A stretch of 64,000 bases of DNA from Candidatus Poribacteria bacterium. GTDB taxonomy: Bacteria > Poribacteria > WGA-4E > WGA-3G. Under the pieces are notes generated by a model, which saw only the letters and a list, made by a program, of their open reading frames with translations, searched no databases and was not told where the DNA came from. The DNA is taken from contig OZ242029.1 of the NCBI GenBank assembly GCA_965205015.1, forward strand, positions 2,400,001 through 2,464,000, read 5' to 3'. Position numbers and translations under genes: made by a program. Shown here one piece after another: positions 57,643-64,000 of the stretch; the stretch's first letter is position 1; every line of letters begins with the position of its first letter.

Positions 57643-57847
57643 TGAATTCTCCTTCCTCATTTTTTGCGAGGTAGTAGAGAATAGTTGCGTGTATTTTTTC
57701 AAGACTTAAGGTTGGGTAGCGTAGCAGGATCTCTTCAGGACTCGCACCTTCCAGATAATCTTCTAATACAATCTCAATCCCAATGCGATTCCCATTAATC
57801 CGGATGACGTCCTCTTGAATGAAGTCGAAGTAACTTTCCAGTTCCAT
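57608..57847 (-). CDS. DUF433 domain protein (antitoxin-like), probably C-terminally truncated
   Basis: 'IRI.G.RI.IE.VL..YL.G.SPEEI...YPTLSLE.I.A.I.YYL', then runs into the next gene. Confidence 0.75.
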   Translation of the reverse strand: MELESYFDFIQEDVIRINGNRIGIEIVLEDYLEGASPEEILLRYPTLSLEKIHATILYYLAKNEEGEFNVHITSISRNH

Positions 57848-57860
57848 CGTCGAATTCCCC

Positions 57861-58730
57861 TCACAATGTCTTATCTAATTCCTTCAACAAATTCCGCTGT
57901 TTGCGAGATAAAGACTTCGGAATCTCCACAACCAACCGCACCCGTAAGTCGCCTTTTCTGCCGGAGGTGTCTACCCCGCCGCGCCCACGTAAGCGAAACT
58001 GCTGTCCCGGTTGCGATCCAGACGGGATTTTCAGATCCACGTCCCCCGTTAGCGTTTGTACCCGAACGGAACCACCCAACGCCGCTGTCGTCATAGAGAC
58101 GTTCGCATCCGTTAGGAGATCTGCACCTTCGCGGGTCAGTGTTGGATGTGGTTGAACAGAGACCGTCACCAACAAGTCGCCCGAAATACCGCTGCCGAGA
58201 GATTCTCCATGCCCCTGAATACGTAAGGTTTTTCCATCTTGAATACCCGGCGGAATTGTAAGTCTGAGAGGTTTTCCTTGGACATTGACCTCTTTTTTGC
58301 TACCTAACATCGCATCCGCGAAAGGGATACTAACGTTAATACGGATATCGCGTCCGCGAGGTGGAACAGTTGTGCGCCGTTGTCCGAACGCATCACCGAA
58401 TGCCTCGCCAAATCCACCGAACCTACCGAACCCACCGCGTCCGAAGATATCGTCAAGGTTCAGGTTTCTGAAAATATCGTCCATCGTCCGATACCCTTCA
58501 AACCCCATACTTTCGACCCCGGCGTGCCCGCGGATATCATACATACGCCGTTTTTCAGGATCCGAGAGGACCGAATACGCGTTCGATGCCTCCTTGAACT
58601 TCTCCTCCGCCGCTTTGTCACCGGGATTCTTGTCCGGATGGTACTGGACCGCAAGTTTGCGATAGGCTTTTTTGATTTCTTCTGGAGTGGCTCCTCGATT
58701 CACGCCGAGGATTTCGTAGTAGTCTCTCAT
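57861..58730 (-). CDS. Class B J-domain protein (DnaJ/CbpA-like, no zinc finger)
   Basis: 'DYYEILGV','YHPDKN', G/F-rich region and DnaJ_C; no CxxCxGxG repeats. Confidence 0.92.
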   Translation of the reverse strand: MRDYYEILGVNRGATPEEIKKAYRKLAVQYHPDKNPGDKAAEEKFKEASNAYSVLSDPEKRRMYDIRGHAGVESMGFEGYRTMDDIFRNLNLDDIFGRGGFGRFGGFGEAFGDAFGQRRTTVPPRGRDIRINVSIPFADAMLGSKKEVNVQGKPLRLTIPPGIQDGKTLRIQGHGESLGSGISGDLLVTVSVQPHPTLTREGADLLTDANVSMTTAALGGSVRVQTLTGDVDLKIPSGSQPGQQFRLRGRGGVDTSGRKGDLRVRLVVEIPKSLSRKQRNLLKELDKTL

Positions 58731-58762
58731 AGTCCTTTCACAAATGCTGCAACGATTGTCCC

Positions 58763-59899
58763 TTAAAGCATCGAGAGAACCGCTGGCATATCTCGTAGGG
58801 ATTGGTGCTGTTTAACGAGTGTTGTTCCGAATTGGAGTGCTGCCCGTTCTACGCGTAATTTTCTGGGTACATCAGCAATACCCTCTATGTCTTTAACGTG
58901 TGCTGCACCGATAAGGCGACGCAGCATTTCCAGTCCTGCAAACCCTACTGCTTCGTGGAAAATGTGTTGTAACGTCTGTTTTTGCAACGTGGCGTCAACT
59001 GTTCTAAATTCAAGCGTGTAGGTGTGCCACATTTTTGCAATCGCTGTTTTGAGTGCGGATTGTACGTCGACGGTGCCTTGATGTGAAAAATAGGATAAGA
59101 GATAGTTCGCCCAATACAATCCGAGGTCAAATCCTACAGGACCATAAAAGGCAAACTCGGCATCAATCACTTTCGCTGTGTTGTTTTGAACCAGAACGCT
59201 TCCTGTGTGCAGATCACCATGGGTTAGGGCTTGCTGTATTGTTAGAAAAATCCGTTTGAGATCCTTTGTCTGCTGCAGAAAGTCCGTATCTACTTTCAAT
59301 CGCTGGACATCAAGTTCTAAGCCTGGCGTCCAGAAATTCGTTTCATGTTCGGTGTACGGGAAAGTGAACACGTAATCGGCAGTTATCGACTGCATGGTAG
59401 TATTCGCAAATTGCTGTCTATACTGCTGCACAGTTGCGCTATCGAGGTTCTCAACATAGGTGCGGCTATGTACGATGCCCATAAATCGCCCAATCTGTTC
59501 AGCGACACCAGTATCCACGCTACCTGCGATTAGGTCGGCACGCAGGACCTGGGCATCTCGGAGGTCCTCCATCACTATGACAGCGGTTTCAGCATCGAAG
59601 TCGTATAATTCAGGGACGCTCCCGCTTGTGAACCGGTTGTAGATGTCCAGGGCACGGGATTCGTAAGCCAAACGTTCGATGGATAATGGATACTCGGGTC
59701 CTAATATCTTAATGTAAGGTGGCGCGTGTTTCAGGACGACCGAACGCTCCGGTTGCGCTGCGTCCGAGACACGATAGACTGTATTAAGATTACCATCGCC
59801 GATCTCTTCTATACGGAGGTCCGCCTCCGATGCAAACATGCCGATCTCAGCACGGCGTTGACGTAGGTAGTCCGGCAGCGTGGCAAGGTCAAGTTCCAT
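58763..59899 (-). CDS. mtnK: S-methyl-5-thioribose kinase
   Basis: 'EIGDGNLN.V','HGDLHTGSV','VID.EFAFYGP.GFD','GFAG.EM.RR.IG.AHV.D'. Confidence 0.92.
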   Translation of the reverse strand: MELDLATLPDYLRQRRAEIGMFASEADLRIEEIGDGNLNTVYRVSDAAQPERSVVLKHAPPYIKILGPEYPLSIERLAYESRALDIYNRFTSGSVPELYDFDAETAVIVMEDLRDAQVLRADLIAGSVDTGVAEQIGRFMGIVHSRTYVENLDSATVQQYRQQFANTTMQSITADYVFTFPYTEHETNFWTPGLELDVQRLKVDTDFLQQTKDLKRIFLTIQQALTHGDLHTGSVLVQNNTAKVIDAEFAFYGPVGFDLGLYWANYLLSYFSHQGTVDVQSALKTAIAKMWHTYTLEFRTVDATLQKQTLQHIFHEAVGFAGLEMLRRLIGAAHVKDIEGIADVPRKLRVERAALQFGTTLVKQHQSLRDMPAVLSML

Positions 59900-59914
59900 A
59901 TCTTTCAGACAGCC

Positions 59915-60913
59915 TTACAGCAGATTTTCGGCGATTTGGATAGCGTTCAGCGCAGCGCCTTTGCGGAGGTTATCCGCGACTACCCAGAGATTCAAACCGT
60001 TTTTTATCGAAGCGTCATCGCGAACTCTACCGACATAGACTTCATCTTTCCCAGCAACATCAACGGCGAGTGGATACTGTTGGTTGTCAGGATCGTCCAC
60101 AACTTTTACACCGGGAGCTGTGGCGAGACACTCTCTCGCTTGGGCTGCTGTGAGTTTCTCGTGTGTTTCAAGGTTTATCGATTCAGAATGCGCGAAGAAG
60201 ACGGGGACTCGGACGGTTGTCGCGGAGACACCAATCGTGTCATCTGCGAGTATCTTCCAAGTCTCATTAATCATTTTCACTTCTTCTTCGTTGTCACCGC
60301 TCTCCAAGAAGGGCCAATCGAATGCGACGTTGAATGCCATCTGATGCGGGAATTTATCTAAGGTGATCGGTTTGCCTTCGAGTGCTTCGGTCGTTTGTTG
60401 AACCAGTTCCATAACAGCACGTCCACTTTTGCCGGAGACGCTTTGATAGGTGGAGACAACGATCCGTTTGATGCCGACAAGGTCGTAGATAGGTTTCAGT
60501 GCCACCATCATTTGGATGGTAGAGCAGTTTGGATTGGCGATAAGTCCATTGTGAGTACGGGCAGCATCCATATTAACTTCCGGGACAACGAGAGGGGTGC
60601 CTGGGTCCATGCGGAAGGCGCTCGTGTTGTCAATGACGAGCGCGCCTTTTTTTACGGCTGTAGGAATGAACTCGCGACTGACAGACGCGCCTGCTGATGA
60701 GAACACTACGTCTACATCTTCAAACGAGTTGTGTGTCAGTTCCTCAACAATGATGGGTTCATCTTTAAAGGATAGAATTTCACCGGCAGAACGGTGTGAT
60801 GCTAACAGTTTGAGGGAAGCAACTGGGAATGATCGCTCTTCGAGAATTTGCAACATAGTATTACCGACGGCACCCGTTGCACCGACAACCGCGACACGAT
60901 AACTCTCACGCAT
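59915..60913 (-). CDS. asd: Aspartate-semialdehyde dehydrogenase
   Basis: 'VGATGAVG','DN.SAFRM','ANPNCST','STYQSVSG','RVPV...HSE','DNLRKGAALNA'. Confidence 0.97.
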   Translation of the reverse strand: MRESYRVAVVGATGAVGNTMLQILEERSFPVASLKLLASHRSAGEILSFKDEPIIVEELTHNSFEDVDVVFSSAGASVSREFIPTAVKKGALVIDNTSAFRMDPGTPLVVPEVNMDAARTHNGLIANPNCSTIQMMVALKPIYDLVGIKRIVVSTYQSVSGKSGRAVMELVQQTTEALEGKPITLDKFPHQMAFNVAFDWPFLESGDNEEEVKMINETWKILADDTIGVSATTVRVPVFFAHSESINLETHEKLTAAQARECLATAPGVKVVDDPDNQQYPLAVDVAGKDEVYVGRVRDDASIKNGLNLWVVADNLRKGAALNAIQIAENLL

Positions 60914-60968
60914 TTCTAATGTTTTCCTCTATTTATTCAAGCAGGATTTTTGTTAAGTTTAATGTATA

Positions 60969-60997
60969 ATTCTACCACAAACATACCCTTTAAGCAA
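60969..60997 (-). promoter_or_regulatory. Sigma70 promoter for the asd-mtnK-dnaJ cluster
   Basis: TTGCTT-17nt-TAGAAT with extended TG. Confidence 0.55.
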
Positions 60998-61218
60998 ATA
61001 TTTCGGTAAAGAATGCCGTGTTACAACAGAATTCTTCGCCTGCAGGAGAAAAAAACTTGACAAATTGCGCAGTCTGTGGTATTAAAATTAAGACATCTAT
61101 GTATTGTGTCAAGGTAACCGTGTTAGATTCTCTCTGTTTCTAATACGTTTATTTACGGTTAAACGTGGGCTTTTCCCTGGCATTCAGGTTAATTTTTTGG
61201 CGTTAACTCATTTTTATC

Positions 61219-61247
61219 TTGACATATCTATATTTGTATAGTATAAT
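61219..61247 (+). promoter_or_regulatory. Consensus sigma70 promoter upstream of HU
   Basis: TTGACA-17nt-TATAAT; a second TTGACA-17-TATTAA lies at 61057-61085. Confidence 0.8.
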
Positions 61248-61369
61248 ATAATTACTATTAGTTTTTGTTAAATCCATTTTAAGTCCGAGGTGTGAGAATC
61301 TCGTTTTCCGAACAGTTCGGGAAGCAGAGCATTTTCTGAATCGGGCTAAAAATTAGAGGAACATTTGAC

Positions 61370-61651
61370 ATGGCAAAATTAATGAAGAGCGATGTGGTCA
61401 ACAGTATCGTTGAACAAACAGGCCTTAGCAAAAAAGATGCGAACGCCGCTGTTGATGCTTTTGCTGCGACTATTAGCGAAGCTTTGAGTAATGGCGACTC
61501 TGTTGGATTAATCGGTTTCGGAACATTTGAAGCCAAAAATCGTCCGGCTCGTACGGGTCGCAACCCGCAGACTGGCGCACCACTTGAGATTCCAGCAAAG
61601 ACAGTCCCTGTCTTTAAAGCTGGTAAGAAACTTCGCGACGCTACTGCCTAA
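61370..61651 (+). CDS. hup: DNA-binding protein HU
   Basis: 'GFGTF....R.AR.GRNPQTG....I.A..VP.FKAGK.L'. Confidence 0.97.
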   Translation: MAKLMKSDVVNSIVEQTGLSKKDANAAVDAFAATISEALSNGDSVGLIGFGTFEAKNRPARTGRNPQTGAPLEIPAKTVPVFKAGKKLRDATA

Positions 61652-61681
61652 AACTGGCAGTGCTCTCGCTCAGTTTCTGGA

Positions 61682-61732
61682 AAAGCCGCCGGGTTGTGCC
61701 TCGTTTTTAATGGAGGGATGCCTGCGGCTTTT
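61682..61732 (+). terminator. Probable terminator after HU
   Basis: aaagccgc...gcggcttt hairpin with T-run. Confidence 0.5.
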
Positions 61733-61949
61733 CCACGTTAAGCCTGTTGACGAAAATCTCTGCGGGATTTTTCAGAACGGGAACCATTTTCAGAACGTAT
61801 TCTAATACTATGCGTATCGCCTGCAGTTATCGACACAACTTTTTCTCTGGTCCATTTGTAGGTACGTTTTCCATGCTTTTGTCCGCATCATTTATAGGAA
61901 CCCCGCTTTTCGGGCGCGTTGGTTAGAATTTGATGTCAGGAGACTCATC

Positions 61950-63008
61950 ATGTTGATCCGAACGAGAGCCCCGGTCCGCATCGACTTTGCTGGTGGATGG
62001 AGCGACGTAGCCCTCTTTACTGAACATTCAAAAGGGCTTGTCGTCAACGGGGCAATTAACCGATACGCTTATGCGACGCTCCGCTGTGAACGCCAAGTGA
62101 CACACGACGATTCTGTTGAGCTCCAGCGCGTCTTGGATAAAAGCATTCGTATCTATTCTGCGGATTTCGACACATTCATTGAAGCGGACGATGTCCGTCA
62201 GCTTGAATACGATGGGAACATTGATTTAGTCAAGGCAGCTGTGCGACGCATGTCGATACAGATTGGCGGTTTCGACCTGATTACGCAGTCCACTGCCCCC
62301 CCCGGAAGTGGATTGGGCACCTCCGCAGCAATGGGAGTCGCACTCGTCGGTGTGCTTGGCGCACTTAAGGAAGTCACCTATCTCCCTTATGAGTATGCGG
62401 ATCTCGCCAGCAATATTGAACGTCATGAACTCGGTATCCTCGGTGGAAAGCAGGATCATTACGCCAGTGCAATCGGCGGAATTCATTTTATGGAGTTTCA
62501 GGGGGAGGAGGTGAAGACCTCACCATTGAAAGTTCCACCCCATATCCGTTGTGAACTTGAAAAGAACCTTGTCCTCTGTTATACCGGAAAGTCTCGCCTC
62601 TCTGGTAATATCCATCAAAATGTGACCGATGCTTATAAAAGCGGGGAACCGAGTGTCCGCGACGCCTTGGAAGTCCTCAAATCCACGGCTGAGGCAACAA
62701 AAACGGCACTCATGCGCGGTCGCCTCACCGAATTCGGCGAGCTTCTCACCCAAAATTGGCAGCATCAGAAGAAGTTACATCCCTCTGTCACGAACGAACA
62801 GATAGAATCCCTCTTTAAAATCGCAATGAGGCATGGTGCGATCGGTGGGAAAGCGTGTGGTGCTGGTGGTGGTGGATGTCTACTATTTTACTGCGAACCT
62901 ACACGTGAACACCGCGTCCGTCAAAAACTTCAAGAAGCAGGCGCAGGGGTCATTGATGTGAACTTTGATTTTGACGGGCTCCAAATGTGGAACGCCTCAA
63001 GTGATTGA
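61950..63008 (+). CDS. GHMP kinase (heptose-7-phosphate kinase HddA-like)
   Basis: 'RAPVRIDFAGGWSD','PPGSGLGTS','GG.QD.Y....GG','GGK.CGAGGGG'. Confidence 0.88.
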   Translation: MLIRTRAPVRIDFAGGWSDVALFTEHSKGLVVNGAINRYAYATLRCERQVTHDDSVELQRVLDKSIRIYSADFDTFIEADDVRQLEYDGNIDLVKAAVRRMSIQIGGFDLITQSTAPPGSGLGTSAAMGVALVGVLGALKEVTYLPYEYADLASNIERHELGILGGKQDHYASAIGGIHFMEFQGEEVKTSPLKVPPHIRCELEKNLVLCYTGKSRLSGNIHQNVTDAYKSGEPSVRDALEVLKSTAEATKTALMRGRLTEFGELLTQNWQHQKKLHPSVTNEQIESLFKIAMRHGAIGGKACGAGGGGCLLFYCEPTREHRVRQKLQEAGAGVIDVNFDFDGLQMWNASSD

Positions 63009-63039
63009 AAGGAACGGCTTTCGGCTTTCGACCATCAGC

Positions 63040-63102
63040 AAAAGGGTTTTCTGGTGAAGTTGCGGACCCTTGCTGACCGCTGATAGCTGACGGCTGATGG
63101 CT
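63040..63102. repeat. Heptamer-repeat hairpin (ctga-y-n-gc)n
   Basis: gctgaccgctgatagctgacggctgatggct with a complementary upstream arm; shorter runs at ~35847, ~43384 and ~44650. Confidence 0.5.
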
Positions 63103-63109
63103 ATTTCTT

Positions 63110-64000
63110 ATGAAAAATGACATTTCAGCGACGCAGACCGGAACAGATATAGAAGCCGCCGAAGCCTTGAAGACGGCGAAGGAAAATATTTTAAACCAAC
63201 TCAAAAAGCGAATCATTGGACAAGACGCAGTCATTGAACAGCTGCTTATCGCACTTTTTTCGCAGGGACACTGTTTACTTGTGGGCGTGCCGGGGTTAGC
63301 GAAGACCTTGCTCATCAGCACATTCGCGCGGATCCTGGAACTCCCTTTCAATCGGATTCAATTCACACCGGACCTGATGCCCTCGGATATTATCGGTACC
63401 GATATTATTGAGGAGGGTGAGTCGGGGAAACGCGCGTTTCGCTTTATTAATGGACCCGTCTTTGCTAACGTCGTGCTTGCTGATGAAATTAACCGAACAC
63501 CGCCTAAAACGCAAGCCGCACTTTTACAAGCCATGCAGGAGTATCAGGTCACTGCGGGCGGCAGAACCTATCCATTGGAACTCCCGTTTTTTGTTTTAGC
63601 GACGCAGAATCCGATCGAGCAGGAAGGCACCTATCCGCTACCCGAGGCGCAACTCGATAGATTCATGTTCCATATCACGCTGGATTATCCCGATAAAACT
63701 GCCGAAAAAGAGATTGTAATGACGACAACTGCGGCTTATGAACCGGAGATAGAACCTGTTATTACGGGAGAAGAGGTGTTGCGAATACAACGGGTCGTCC
63801 GGAAGGTGCCGATTGCCGAAGCGATTGTGGATTATGCCGTGGAATTGAATCGGCAGACGCGCCCTGCTTCAGATGCCCTTGATTTCATTCAGGATTGGGT
63901 GCAGTGGGGAGCAGGACCGCGTGCATCGCAGTATCTCGTGCTGGGGGCAAAGGCGCGCGCCATTCTCCACGGGCGTTATCATGTCGCTTATGAGGATATC
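63110..64000 (+). CDS. MoxR family AAA+ ATPase (runs off the window; not in the supplied ORF track)
   Basis: Manual translation MKNDISAT...IIGQDAVIEQLL..LF..GHCLLVGVPGLAKT..RIQFTPDLMPSDI.G..LADEINRTPPKTQAALLQAMQE..ATQNPIEQEGTYPLPEAQLDRF. Confidence 0.95.
   Translation, partial: MKNDISATQTGTDIEAAEALKTAKENILNQLKKRIIGQDAVIEQLLIALFSQGHCLLVGVPGLAKTLLISTFARILELPFNRIQFTPDLMPSDIIGTDIIEEGESGKRAFRFINGPVFANVVLADEINRTPPKTQAALLQAMQEYQVTAGGRTYPLELPFFVLATQNPIEQEGTYPLPEAQLDRFMFHITLDYPDKTAEKEIVMTTTAAYEPEIEPVITGEEVLRIQRVVRKVPIAEAIVDYAVELNRQTRPASDALDFIQDWVQWGAGPRASQYLVLGAKARAILHGRYHVAYEDI

Overview
Bacterial genomic window with about 55 genes and one tRNA-Leu(CAG). The content (PhyH-like dioxygenase, sulfatase, many Kelch/WD40/PD40/NHL/LamG proteins, long ECF sigma factors) suggests a sponge-symbiont lineage such as Candidatus Poribacteria; this assignment is inference only. 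The flanks (about 1-10 kb and 43-64 kb) are mostly metabolic and housekeeping genes. The centre (about 10-43 kb) is an accessory envelope/signalling region. Its main feature is three paralogous one-component ECF sigma factors sharing a sigma2-sigma4/TM helix/conserved linker module but carrying different C-terminal domains: a selenoprotein N (SELENON)-like domain with SCCG in place of SCUG, a Kelch propeller and a BNR-like propeller. The window also has seven copies of an ECF-type promoter motif, seven unrelated exported proteins sharing a C-terminal 'V-x-P-x-x-K-L-x-T-x-W-G-x-L-K' tag, two paralogous TonB-dependent receptors, five tandem paralogous lipoproteins and at least three families of short interspersed repeats. 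All homology calls come from recalled motifs; no database searches were run.
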